A stretch of DNA of 64,000 nucleotides from Spirochaetia bacterium (lineage in GTDB: Bacteria > Spirochaetota > Spirochaetia > UBA9216), in NCBI GenBank assembly GCA_963677925.2, contig CAXXYH010000004.1:1280001-1344000 (forward strand). Reading direction: 5' to 3'. This document shows positions 49,235 through 58,475 of the stretch, one piece after another. The position numbers were made by a program, and so were the translations under genes. Numbering within the stretch: the first letter of the stretch is position 1; every line of letters starts with the position of its first letter. The notes below the pieces were generated by a model that saw nothing but the letters and a program-made list of their open reading frames with translations, was not told the origin of the DNA and ran no database searches.

Positions 49235-51151
49235 ATGAAACAGTTTCCGCATGTATTTTCACCTGTCCGTGTGGGCGGTGTTATACTGAAAAATAGAATA
49301 ATTTCTGCCCCGAGCACAATTCACAGTTCCTCTTCAGGGCAGCCTTACCCGACAGAGGAGGGGCTTCGTTTTTTTGAACAGCGGGCAATTGCAGGGGCGG
49401 GGCTGGTAACCTGCGCCGGTGTGAGCCTCGGCGGCGCGTTCAACGACGGCCTTCATTGTTCATGGGATACCAAGATGGGGAACAAGACAAACCGTCTGGT
49501 TGATTTGACCGAGAGGATACATCTCTACGGCGCAAAATGTACGATGGAGCTTATCGGAGTATTTCCTGACGGCTACACAGTATCCGACGGATGTTCCATC
49601 ATGGGTTCTCCACCTATCGGCCGCGAAATTCCAAAAGAAAAGATGGACTGGTTTCGTGACGAGTATATTGAAACCTCGGCTGTTTTAAAGAAGACAGGCT
49701 TTGACGGTGTGATGCTCCATTTTGGACACAGCATCCCGATTGCTCAGTTTTTAAGTCCGATTACCAATAAAAGGACTGATAAATACGGAGGCTCAACTGA
49801 AAACCGCTGCCGTTATATTGTAGAAATCCTTAAAGGAATAAGGGCTGCCTGCGGAAATGATTTTATTATCGATGTCAGGATGTCCGGTGACGAGTTTGAA
49901 AAGGGCGGAATTGATCAGGAAGAAGGTCTCCGCATAGCCGAAATGCTTCAGGAATACTGCGACATCCTCCAGGCCAGTGCCGGTATGCATAACCCTGACT
50001 GGATGACATGGACGCATCCCTGCGGATTCCTTCCTCCCAACCCGAATGTTTACATTGCCGAAGGCTGGAAGAAGTCAGGTAAGATCGATAAGTGCTTTGT
50101 TACTGCAATCGGGGGAATCTCGAAACTTCAGGACTGTGAGGATATTCTTGCAAACGGCAAGGCTGACTTTGTGATGGTGGCACGGCAGTTCTTTGCCGAC
50201 CCCGACTGGATTAAGAAAACTCTGGAGGGCCGTGCAGATGATGTTACTCCCTGTATCAAGTGCATGCGCTGCCACGACTCGGACAACTATGCCCAGCACC
50301 TGCTCTGTGCTGTAAACCCGCGCTGCGGGCTGGAGGAGGCGATTGAAAGAGTTCCTTTAACAACTGAAAGAAAGAAAGTTGCGGTAATAGGAGGCGGACC
50401 GGCCGGAATGTTCAGCGCAATGCAGGCTGCAGAACTTGGACATGAAGTTACTCTGTTTGAGAAAACTGATACTCTTGGCGGACTGCTTGAGTATGCAGAT
50501 CATATTCCCTTTAAATGGCCGCTTGCCAACTATAAAAACTGGCTGGTAGAGCAGCTTAAGAAAAGTCCTGTAACGGTGAAAATGAATACTGAAGCCATCC
50601 CTGAAATGGTTAAGGGCTTTGATTCGGTTGTTGTTGCTGTAGGTTCCGAACCCGTTATCCCTTCCTCGATTCCAGGGGTTGAAAATGCAATAACTGCCGT
50701 ATCTGCAGTAGGGCATGAGGATAAACTTGGAAAGAAGGTCACAGTTATCGGGGGAGGCCAGGTTGGTCTTGAAACTGCTGTTCATCTGGAAAGACTTGGG
50801 CATGAAGTTACAATCATCGAGATGATGTCCGAGCTTGCAGGCGATGCTTCAAAAACCCATCGTGATGAGCTTCTTGTTGAAGCACGCAATCATTCTGATA
50901 AAATTAATGTAATTCTGGATGCTGAATGTACAAAAATAGCTGCAGACTCTGTCAGTTATAAAAAGGACGGACAGTCAGCCGATGTTCCTTCAGACAGTGT
51001 TCTGCTTGCTGTAGGTTTGAAGCCTCTTCAGTCTCTGGCAGACAGCTTTATGAACTGTGCCGATGATTTCCATGAAATCGGAGACTGTGTGAAGCCGAGA
51101 ACTGTTGAGTGGTGTACCAAAGAAGGCTTCTACGCTGCGCTTAATATCTAA
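49235..51151 (+). CDS. NADH:flavin oxidoreductase (OYE barrel + [4Fe-4S] + FAD/NAD domains; FadH/BaiCD-like)
   Basis: LKNRII, QFLSP.TNKRTDKYGGS.ENR, CIKCMRC...C, IGGGPAG, IGGGQVG.E, IGDC. Confidence 0.9.
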   Translation: MKQFPHVFSPVRVGGVILKNRIISAPSTIHSSSSGQPYPTEEGLRFFEQRAIAGAGLVTCAGVSLGGAFNDGLHCSWDTKMGNKTNRLVDLTERIHLYGAKCTMELIGVFPDGYTVSDGCSIMGSPPIGREIPKEKMDWFRDEYIETSAVLKKTGFDGVMLHFGHSIPIAQFLSPITNKRTDKYGGSTENRCRYIVEILKGIRAACGNDFIIDVRMSGDEFEKGGIDQEEGLRIAEMLQEYCDILQASAGMHNPDWMTWTHPCGFLPPNPNVYIAEGWKKSGKIDKCFVTAIGGISKLQDCEDILANGKADFVMVARQFFADPDWIKKTLEGRADDVTPCIKCMRCHDSDNYAQHLLCAVNPRCGLEEAIERVPLTTERKKVAVIGGGPAGMFSAMQAAELGHEVTLFEKTDTLGGLLEYADHIPFKWPLANYKNWLVEQLKKSPVTVKMNTEAIPEMVKGFDSVVVAVGSEPVIPSSIPGVENAITAVSAVGHEDKLGKKVTVIGGGQVGLETAVHLERLGHEVTIIEMMSELAGDASKTHRDELLVEARNHSDKINVILDAECTKIAADSVSYKKDGQSADVPSDSVLLAVGLKPLQSLADSFMNCADDFHEIGDCVKPRTVEWCTKEGFYAALNI

Positions 51152-51156
51152 TAAGT

Positions 51157-51194
51157 GAGCTTCTTGCAAAACTCGGTTAGTTTTCAAGAAGCTC
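51157..51194. repeat. Palindromic hairpin with AAAAC-N7-GTTTT core directly after the oxidoreductase stop
   Basis: GAGCTTCTTG(C)AAAACT-CGGTT-AGTTTTCAAGAAGCTC. Confidence 0.55.
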
Positions 51195-51266
51195 TGAAGC
51201 AAAATTTTACATTATTATGTAAAATATTATATAATAACAAATTGTAAAATTTTCTTCATTTACATT

Positions 51267-51310
51267 AAGGTCGCAATTTTAAAACTTTCTAAGTTTTGAA
51301 ATTGCCTCAA
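51267..51310. repeat. REP-like palindromic element, copy 2 (inverted relative to 14111-14154)
   Basis: GCAATTTTAAAAC-TTTCTAA-GTTTTGAAATTGC; its reverse complement matches copy 1 at 36 of 44 positions by manual alignment. Confidence 0.7.
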
Positions 51311-51330
51311 GTAACCAAATAATTCAATTC

Positions 51331-51366
51331 AAGGCCTGTATGTTTTTAGCATACAGGCCTTTTTTT
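51331..51366 (+). terminator. Intrinsic terminator
   Basis: AAGGCCTGTATG-N7-CATACAGGCCTT followed by T run. Confidence 0.8.
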
Positions 51367-51506
51367 ATAAAAATCTGGTCAAAAATATAACCAATGGGGA
51401 TATAAGCATATTTGTCAAGAAAAAAATACAAATTCTCTTGATTGTTTTTGTAATTAGTATTATTTTATCGATAGAAGATAATTTCATAGATATATGAGGT
51501 AAAGAT

Positions 51507-51653
51507 ATGAAAACTATAAGAAAGATCAAAGCGATGTTCTCAAGCAGAAGCAATCATGACGTAATGATAAAGAATTACGACAACTGGGAAGATATTATTT
51601 CTACCCCGGAAATGAAACCTTATCTTAATCAGTCCATGAGTCTGCATTTTTAG
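51507..51653 (+). CDS. Small hypothetical protein, 48 aa (below the ORF-track cutoff)
   Basis: GAGGT RBS 6 nt before ATG; MKTIRKIKAMFSSRSNHDVMIKNYDNWEDIISTPEMKPYLNQSMSLHF; own downstream terminator. Confidence 0.55.
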   Translation: MKTIRKIKAMFSSRSNHDVMIKNYDNWEDIISTPEMKPYLNQSMSLHF

Positions 51654-51684
51654 TGTTGAAGGATTCATCGGAATCAACTAACTG

Positions 51685-51721
51685 AAGGCTGCCGGGTTAA
51701 TACACTCTGGCAGCTTTTTTT
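51685..51721 (+). terminator. Terminator between small ORF and OsmC-family gene
   Basis: AAGGCTGCCGGG...CTCTGGCAGCTTT followed by T run. Confidence 0.65.
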
Positions 51722-52127
51722 ATGTCTGTTCGGTGAACTCAATCTCAGTGGACATCTCTGCTACCCTGCTTAGTGTCTGAAAGATTGAACAGTATTTTGC
51801 AGCAAGATCGAAGGCCCGCTCAAATTTCTTTTGGTTGTCTGCTCCCTTCACTTTGAATTTAACACGGCAGTATTTCAGAAACTTCGGTACCTCTTCACGC
51901 TTTTCGCCCTCTATCTCAATATCAGTGGATTCACAGCTGATTCGCATTTTTTTAAAGACTTCTTCAAATGTTGCATACATGCAGGAGCCCAGCGCCATCA
52001 GAAGCATGTCATAGGGCTTCAGGCTGTTTTCCTTCTGCAGAACATTCACAGAGAATCCCGTTGAAGATTCCGCTGTCCCTCCCTCTTCAGTATTAAAATT
52101 GAGTTTCGCATTCAGAGTCTCGCTCAT
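51720..52127 (-). CDS. OsmC/Ohr-family protein
   Basis: PYDMLLMALGSC and AAKYCSI Cys pair; GGAGG RBS before ATG 52127. Confidence 0.88.
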   Translation of the reverse strand: MSETLNAKLNFNTEEGGTAESSTGFSVNVLQKENSLKPYDMLLMALGSCMYATFEEVFKKMRISCESTDIEIEGEKREEVPKFLKYCRVKFKVKGADNQKKFERAFDLAAKYCSIFQTLSRVAEMSTEIEFTEQT

Positions 52128-52280
52128 GCCTGCCTCCCGCATAAAATTTGAAAAAGTTAATATTTAATACAAAATATACTATTTATCAAATTATCTCCAT
52201 TGATTGTTTGACATAACAATCTAATTTATGGAATAATTCTTATAAAAGTGCTTCAGATTTAATTTTGAGGTATGTAAAAT

Positions 52281-53954
52281 TTGTATAAAACTGCGGGTAT
52301 TATGTCGTATTTAAATAATAACAGGATTATTAACAGAGCCGGCTGCACAGTCGCATTTTCTACCGGAACAGCTTCAAAGAACGGTGAGACACTGGTAGTT
52401 AAAAACGGTGATATTGATTCTCACTGGTATATGCAGATGGTTCTTTCAAATGGAACTTCCAGTGCTGCTTCAGAAGGTGATTTCTACAGCGGTCCGCTTG
52501 CTCAATTTTCGGGAAAAAAAAGGATTCCATGGGTCGGTCAGCGATGCATGTCATACTGGGCACCGCATATGGGAATAAACGATGCAGGGGTTTCAATCAG
52601 CCTTTTAGCCTCTCCCGGACGGGAGGATAAGGAGAATCCAGGTATTCTGGGCGGCTTTGATTATAACCGCATTGTCCTTGATTTTGCGTCTTCTGCAAGA
52701 GAGGGCGTGGAGCTGATTGCCGGGACAGCTGAGAAATGCGGTTTTGCCGAAACAAGCATGAGCTATGTCATAGGCGACTCTGAAGAGGTCTGGCTTATTG
52801 AAGCTTCCGGATATCACTGGGCCGCAAAGAGATACAGAGACCAGGTCGGAGCACATGCAAACAGTTATATTATTGAAACCGACTGGGATTTATGCTCAGC
52901 GGACCTGGAGGAGTATGCTTTTTCAAAGGGCTGGATAGGAAGGGGTGAACAGCTTAATTTCAGGGATGTCTATTCGGGAAGCGGCTATCTTCATAAACAT
53001 CAGGCACCCCGTCCTGATATTTTTTCAAGCATTGTGAGACAGCACAGGGCTGATGAGCTTATGCAGAGCAAGGCGGCTGCCGGACCTGTTACAGTTGCAG
53101 ATATGATGGAAGTAAGCCGGGATCAGCTTGATGTGTTTGTACTTCCTGATGGGAGCAGGCTTGAATTTAATCAGACACCCTGGCATTCAACCTCTTTTTT
53201 CCGTGATGAATTTGACGGCGGAGAATGGCTTGATGATATGCCGAAGGAAGGCTTTCTGCGTTCACCGGTTTTCATAAGGCAGATATGCTGCGACACCGCA
53301 TATGAAAAAACACTGGGCTCGGCAGTTTTTAATTCCGGCTCAAAGGACCGGCCTGCAGGAATCATGTATGGACTGGTCGGCGTTCCGACATTTTCAGCCT
53401 ACGTTCCCTACTTTCCTGGAATGAAAGAGCTCCATCCTGCATTTTCCGGAATTGAAGCGGCCCGACTCTTTGAAGAGATCGACCTTCATGCCTTCGGTAA
53501 ATACCAGGAATTCCATCCGATAGCCGAACAGGCCTTCAGTTTATTTGAGAGTGAAGTTCTGGTTGCCATGGATGCTGCTGCCGGTGGGAATTCACAGACT
53601 TCAGATTCAATGTCTTTCGCTTCTGCAGACAAACTGATAGGGCTTGGCCGTCAGGTTCTGGATAAGTTCTGGCTTTATGATCTGCGGATCCGGGAATGGG
53701 GCCGAAAGCGTCAGTCTGCGGACAGGGTGCCTGAAATCTATACAATAGTCGGACAGCCTTTCTGCATTGGCTTTACCGGCGGGCAGGTTGTAAGGCCAGT
53801 TGCAGTCAGGAAAGACGGCGAGCTGTTTATCGATCTGGAGCAGGGGCCTGATGAGGTATACCTGCCTGTAAAGGCCGCTTCTGAAAAATATAATTTTGAA
53901 TGGACCGATCTTCCCGACACGGGGGATCTGTTTATATATAAAAACATTAGTTGA
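52281..53954 (+). CDS. Peptidase C69 (dipeptidase/secernin, Ntn-hydrolase) family protein with C-terminal stalk-like segment
   Basis: CT nucleophile (GCTVAFSTGTASKNGETLVVKNGD), MGINDAGVSI, SAREGV, IGDSEEVWLIE, HWAA; start may be ATG 52302. Confidence 0.78.
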   Translation: MYKTAGIMSYLNNNRIINRAGCTVAFSTGTASKNGETLVVKNGDIDSHWYMQMVLSNGTSSAASEGDFYSGPLAQFSGKKRIPWVGQRCMSYWAPHMGINDAGVSISLLASPGREDKENPGILGGFDYNRIVLDFASSAREGVELIAGTAEKCGFAETSMSYVIGDSEEVWLIEASGYHWAAKRYRDQVGAHANSYIIETDWDLCSADLEEYAFSKGWIGRGEQLNFRDVYSGSGYLHKHQAPRPDIFSSIVRQHRADELMQSKAAAGPVTVADMMEVSRDQLDVFVLPDGSRLEFNQTPWHSTSFFRDEFDGGEWLDDMPKEGFLRSPVFIRQICCDTAYEKTLGSAVFNSGSKDRPAGIMYGLVGVPTFSAYVPYFPGMKELHPAFSGIEAARLFEEIDLHAFGKYQEFHPIAEQAFSLFESEVLVAMDAAAGGNSQTSDSMSFASADKLIGLGRQVLDKFWLYDLRIREWGRKRQSADRVPEIYTIVGQPFCIGFTGGQVVRPVAVRKDGELFIDLEQGPDEVYLPVKAASEKYNFEWTDLPDTGDLFIYKNIS

Positions 53955-53964
53955 GGAGTGCTTA

Positions 53965-55605
53965 ATGAACACACATCGAAATCCTTTAAGCAGGATAATC
54001 ACGATCTCAATTCTGTTTCTGTTGTTATTCGGAATATTCGCATATGCCGGAGGATCTCAGGAAGTAAAAGATGAAAAAGTCAGGCTGACTGTAGGTTTCA
54101 GGGACGGTGAAGCTCTTGATTCACTGGCTGTGGATATGGCCTGGAAGACCTCCTACATGGGCCTTGAATTCTGGCATATAGTTTATAATCAGCTCTGGGG
54201 CATCGGGCCTTCACCCGATTACGATCCGGTTCCGCTGCTGGCAACAAGCTGGGAAACAGAGGATCACATCACCTGGATTTTTCATCTCGATGAAGATGCC
54301 GTTTGGCAGGACGGAACTCCGGTAACTGCCGATGATGTAGGCTTTTCGCTCTACTATCTTCCGAAGGCAATTCCGGCTACCTACCTCGGTCCCGGTACTG
54401 ATGTTGCAAGCTGGGAGGCCATTGATGACAAGACTGTAAAGATTGTTCTTAATGCTGCTGTAAACGACGGTAAATATCCAATCCCGCTTTGGACACCAAT
54501 CCTTCCCAAGCATATTTTTGAACCTTATAAGGATACCTTTTCTGATTATCCGAATGAGGCTCCTGTCGGAAACGGTCCGTTCAAGGTTAAGGAGTTTGCT
54601 CCTTCAGAATATCTCTGGCTCGAAGCCGATGAAAACTACTGGGGTGAGAAGGCTGGCGTTGATGAGATTGTCTTCCAGACTTTCGGAAGTGATGATGCTT
54701 TGTATGCTGCACTTAAGAGCGGTGAAATCGATATGATAACATCCACCGGTGCAAGTCCCCAGATTGCCGCCGATCTTGATAAGGATCCAAATATAAGCGT
54801 TATAAGATCTCCGGGACTCAACAATCTCTGGATTTCATTCAATACTTATTCTGCAACCCCGCTTGCAGACAAGGATTTCAGAAAGGCCTTCATGTACAGC
54901 ATCGATAAAGATAATATCATCGACCTTGTCTACATGGGTTATGCCGAGAAAGCCAACAGTTTCATCTATCCTGAAATGGACACATACAATGACCAGATTC
55001 CGGTTTATGATAACGACCTTGATAAGGCTGCGGCTCTTCTTGATACTGCCGGTTATACAGATACCGACGGCGACGGTCTGCGCAATGATCCTGCAACCGG
55101 TGAAAACGTTAACATTGAACTGATGGTTTCATCCAGTGCAACTGCAGATGTAAAGATGGCATCACTTATTAAAGAGAATCTGCTCAGATCGGGAATTGAG
55201 GTTACAGTAAAGGCTGTAGACCTTGCCACTTACTGGGAGTTTATCGTTTCTGCAAAATCAGACGGTTACCAGGCTGCAATTGCTTACGGAGATCCGGGCC
55301 CCAATGGAAACTGGGTATGGAATTATGCAGACAGCCAGACCGGATGGAACACAGCCGCATATGCAAATCCTGAGTATGATGAGATTCTTGCAAAGATGAT
55401 ATCTGCTCCTGATTATGAAACACAGAAGGCTTATATCAAACAGCTTCAGGCAATACTTGCCGAGGACCTTCCCTACGGACTTCTTGTAAGACCTGAAAGC
55501 CTTGACCCTGTAAGAACAGACAGACTTGAGGGCTGGGTTCAGAGTATGGGAGGCCTTACTTCCTACATCAACCCCTGGACCTTCTCAAGCGTCCATCCAA
55601 AATAG
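53965..55605 (+). CDS. Family 5 ABC substrate-binding protein
   Basis: GAGGAG RBS, signal peptide FAYAGGSQE, WQDGTPVTADDV, PVGNGPF, DTDGDGLR. Confidence 0.92.
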   Translation: MNTHRNPLSRIITISILFLLLFGIFAYAGGSQEVKDEKVRLTVGFRDGEALDSLAVDMAWKTSYMGLEFWHIVYNQLWGIGPSPDYDPVPLLATSWETEDHITWIFHLDEDAVWQDGTPVTADDVGFSLYYLPKAIPATYLGPGTDVASWEAIDDKTVKIVLNAAVNDGKYPIPLWTPILPKHIFEPYKDTFSDYPNEAPVGNGPFKVKEFAPSEYLWLEADENYWGEKAGVDEIVFQTFGSDDALYAALKSGEIDMITSTGASPQIAADLDKDPNISVIRSPGLNNLWISFNTYSATPLADKDFRKAFMYSIDKDNIIDLVYMGYAEKANSFIYPEMDTYNDQIPVYDNDLDKAAALLDTAGYTDTDGDGLRNDPATGENVNIELMVSSSATADVKMASLIKENLLRSGIEVTVKAVDLATYWEFIVSAKSDGYQAAIAYGDPGPNGNWVWNYADSQTGWNTAAYANPEYDEILAKMISAPDYETQKAYIKQLQAILAEDLPYGLLVRPESLDPVRTDRLEGWVQSMGGLTSYINPWTFSSVHPK

Positions 55606-55615
55606 ATATCGTTTC

Positions 55616-55646
55616 AAGGCCCGGTACCAACGCCGGGCCTTCTTTT
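55616..55646 (+). terminator. Hairpin/partial terminator after SBP gene
   Basis: AAGGCCCGG-N8-CCGGGCCTT followed by CTTTT. Confidence 0.65.
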
Positions 55647-55662
55647 AATTCCGAGGTACCTG

Positions 55663-56631
55663 ATGAATAAATATATTCTAAAAAAGGTTATAGGCATGGT
55701 GATAACTGTTTTTGCGGTTTTATGTCTGAACTTTATTATCTTCCGCCTTGCTCCGGGTGATCCCATCAGAATGATGTTTCATGATCCCAGAAGCAGTGAG
55801 GCGCAGTTTGAGCTGCAGAAACAGAAATACGGACTGGACAAGCCTATCAGCTACCAGTTTGCTGTATACGTAAAAAATATTGCAAATGGGGATCTGGGCG
55901 AATCATTCTGGAAAAAGAAACCGGTTCTTTCCATTATTATGGAGCGGGTTCCGGCAACCCTGCTTCTGGTTCTTACATCCCTTGGACTTGCAATAATTCT
56001 GGGAATATTTCTCGGGGCTATTGCAGGATGGCGAAACGGATCGAAACTCGATTCGGTGATTCTGACCGCTTCGCTTACGCTCTACTCTGTTCCAAAGTTT
56101 GCACTGGGAATAGTGCTGCTGCTTATTTTTGCATATCTGGTTCCTGTTCTTCCCTTCGGCGGGATTAAAACCCCCGCAACCGGTTATACCGGAATCCGCT
56201 ATGCTCTGGATGTCGCAAAGCATATGGTCCTGCCGGTGTTTTCGATACTGCTGTGGTACTTCGGTGAATACATCATACTTACGCGTTCTTCGATGCTAGA
56301 TGTAATGCATGAAGAGTTCATCCAGACTGCCCACTCAAAGGGACTTCCGGACGGCCAGGTTCTCAGAAAGCACGCGCTTAGAAATGCAATGCTGCCGATT
56401 GCCACAATTACCGAAGTAAATATCGGGCTGGCTCTTGCCGGTGTAATTGAGGCCGAGACCGTTTTCTCCTGGCCGGGGATAGGGCGGCTTACCTATGAGG
56501 CCGTTATGAAAAGAGACTATCCTCTGCTTCAGGGTCTGTTTCTTGTCTTTGCGGTTTCAATAGTTCTGGCCAACTTTATAATGGATCTTCTCTATGTTTA
56601 CATCGATCCCCGTATCGGAAGGGAGCATTGA
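55663..56631 (+). CDS. Opp/Dpp-family ABC permease (DppB-like)
   Basis: APGDPI, EEFIQTAHSKG, RDYPLLQG, DPRI. Confidence 0.92.
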   Translation: MNKYILKKVIGMVITVFAVLCLNFIIFRLAPGDPIRMMFHDPRSSEAQFELQKQKYGLDKPISYQFAVYVKNIANGDLGESFWKKKPVLSIIMERVPATLLLVLTSLGLAIILGIFLGAIAGWRNGSKLDSVILTASLTLYSVPKFALGIVLLLIFAYLVPVLPFGGIKTPATGYTGIRYALDVAKHMVLPVFSILLWYFGEYIILTRSSMLDVMHEEFIQTAHSKGLPDGQVLRKHALRNAMLPIATITEVNIGLALAGVIEAETVFSWPGIGRLTYEAVMKRDYPLLQGLFLVFAVSIVLANFIMDLLYVYIDPRIGREH

Positions 56632-57503
56632 TTATGAGAGAAACCAAACTTACGGCAAAAGTATTCTTTAAGCAGATACTTATTCACCCGAAGGGGCGTA
56701 TCGGTCTTTTTCTTATTCTGCTTATTCTGATATTCGCTGTCTTTGCACCCTTCCTGCATACGGTTGATCCGCAGAAATCAGGAGAGGCTGCGAATGCCCT
56801 GCTTGCACCTAACACTGTTAATTTTTTCGGAACAGATGATATGGCCCGTGATGTCTGGAGTCAGACTCTGTACGGGGCAAGGATATCGCTTTTAATCGGT
56901 TTTATTGCCGCGCTTATAACTGTTGTTACCGGATCGGTTATCGGTCTTGTGTCCGGTTATTTCGGCGGAGCTGTGGATTTGATACTGGGACGTATAATTG
57001 ATTTTTTCATGATGCTTCCCGGACTGCCGCTGATGATTGTGCTTGCTGCCGTTCTGGGACCCAGCCTCTGGACCATCATCCTTGTTGTGTCCCTTATAAG
57101 CTGGCCCTCCACGGCAAGAATTGTGCGCTCACAGGTTCTGTCTCTTAAGGAAAGACCATTCATTGAGGCCTCACGCTGTATAGGTTCCGGTGATGCATAT
57201 CTTATGTTCATCGACATCCTCCCGGGTGTTCTTCCGCTGATGTTCGCCCAGGCAATCCTGATGGTTACAAACGCGATTTATTCAGAATCAGTTCTCAGCT
57301 TTCTGGGGCTTGGCGATGTTACATCCGTGAGCTGGGGGATGATGCTTCATTTTGCCTTTGCATCCGGACTGCTTGCAAAGGCTCCCTGGTGGATTGCTCC
57401 TCCGATTGTCTTTATCGTAATGATAATACTCGGGTTTACATTTCTGGGTACTGCTATCAACGATATTCTCAATCCCGGATACCGCAGGTCAAAGGGATTA
57501 TAG
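56628..57503 (+). CDS. Opp/Dpp-family ABC permease (DppC-like)
   Basis: FFGTDDMARD, PFIEASRCIG, LSFLGLGD..SWG; start TTG 56628 or ATG 56634. Confidence 0.9.
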   Translation: MIMRETKLTAKVFFKQILIHPKGRIGLFLILLILIFAVFAPFLHTVDPQKSGEAANALLAPNTVNFFGTDDMARDVWSQTLYGARISLLIGFIAALITVVTGSVIGLVSGYFGGAVDLILGRIIDFFMMLPGLPLMIVLAAVLGPSLWTIILVVSLISWPSTARIVRSQVLSLKERPFIEASRCIGSGDAYLMFIDILPGVLPLMFAQAILMVTNAIYSESVLSFLGLGDVTSVSWGMMLHFAFASGLLAKAPWWIAPPIVFIVMIILGFTFLGTAINDILNPGYRRSKGL

Positions 57504-57512
57504 GAGGACACT

Positions 57513-58475
57513 ATGGCATTACTTGAAGTTACTAACCTCAGTGTTCATTATGAAACACAGAGCGGAACAGCAAAGGCTGTTGAAAATATAAGTTTTTCTC
57601 TTGAGAAAGGTGAGACCATCGGCTTTATCGGTGAATCAGGCTGCGGAAAATCAACCACTGCAAGTGCACTGATCAGAATGGTGCAGCCTCCCGGATTTAT
57701 TGCGGGCGGAAGTATTGTATTTAAGGGAAAGGATCTGCTTTCGTACTCCGAGCAGGATTTTAAAAAGATCCGCGGTAAGGAAATAGCGATTGTACGGCAG
57801 CAGGCCCAGCATGCACTTAATCCGGTTATGCGGATAGGCGATCAGATTACCGAGATTATCAAAAATCATGAGGGGGTTTCCAACGCCGAAGCAGTTAAGC
57901 GTGCGAATGAACAGCTTGAACTTGTCGGTCTTGATTCCGGAAGGTTCAGAAGCTATCCGCACCAGTTCAGCGGAGGGATGAAACAGCGGACGATTATCGC
58001 AATTGCAACAGCATGCAGGCCGGGACTGCTTATTCTTGATGAACCCATTACCGGGCTTGATGTAATTGTTCAGCGTCAGCTTCTTACCCTTCTGAAGGAT
58101 CTGAAGGCAGAGCTGGATTTAACTACGATTTTCATCGCCCATGATCTTGCTGTAGTCTCGGAAACCTGCAGCCGGACCGCTGTGATGTACGGCGGTAAAA
58201 TAGTTGAAAATACTGAAACATCCATGCTTTTTAAAAAGCCCCTTCACCCATACAGCGAGGCTCTTGTAAAATCGTATCCAAGCATTCTGGGTGAAAAGCA
58301 GGAGCTCTACAGTATTCCCGGCAGTCCGCCGGATCTGATTAACCCGCCTGAGGGCTGCCGCTTCGCCGAACGCTGCGAAAAAGCAATGCCTGTCTGCAGG
58401 GAAAAAGAACCGGCAGAATATAGGATTGACGGCCGGACTGTGCTCTGCCACCTATACGGAGATAAAAATGACTGA
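57513..58475 (+). CDS. Opp/Dpp-family ABC ATP-binding protein (DppD-like)
   Basis: [25 protein letters not shown] plus Cys tail. Confidence 0.92.
   Translation: MALLEVTNLSVHYETQSGTAKAVENISFSLEKGETIGFIGESGCGKSTTASALIRMVQPPGFIAGGSIVFKGKDLLSYSEQDFKKIRGKEIAIVRQQAQHALNPVMRIGDQITEIIKNHEGVSNAEAVKRANEQLELVGLDSGRFRSYPHQFSGGMKQRTIIAIATACRPGLLILDEPITGLDVIVQRQLLTLLKDLKAELDLTTIFIAHDLAVVSETCSRTAVMYGGKIVENTETSMLFKKPLHPYSEALVKSYPSILGEKQELYSIPGSPPDLINPPEGCRFAERCEKAMPVCREKEPAEYRIDGRTVLCHLYGDKND

Noticed and set aside
51195-51265. AT-rich palindromes (ATTTTACAT-TATT-ATGTAAAAT) as a CRISPR or riboswitch remnant
   Set aside because: There is no repeat-spacer periodicity or recognisable aptamer, and short palindromes are expected in such AT-rich DNA.
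51365-51553. 62-aa minus-strand hydrophobic ORF
   Set aside because: It has no clear RBS, consists of low-complexity AT-rich codons and overlaps the better supported plus-strand small ORF and its promoter.
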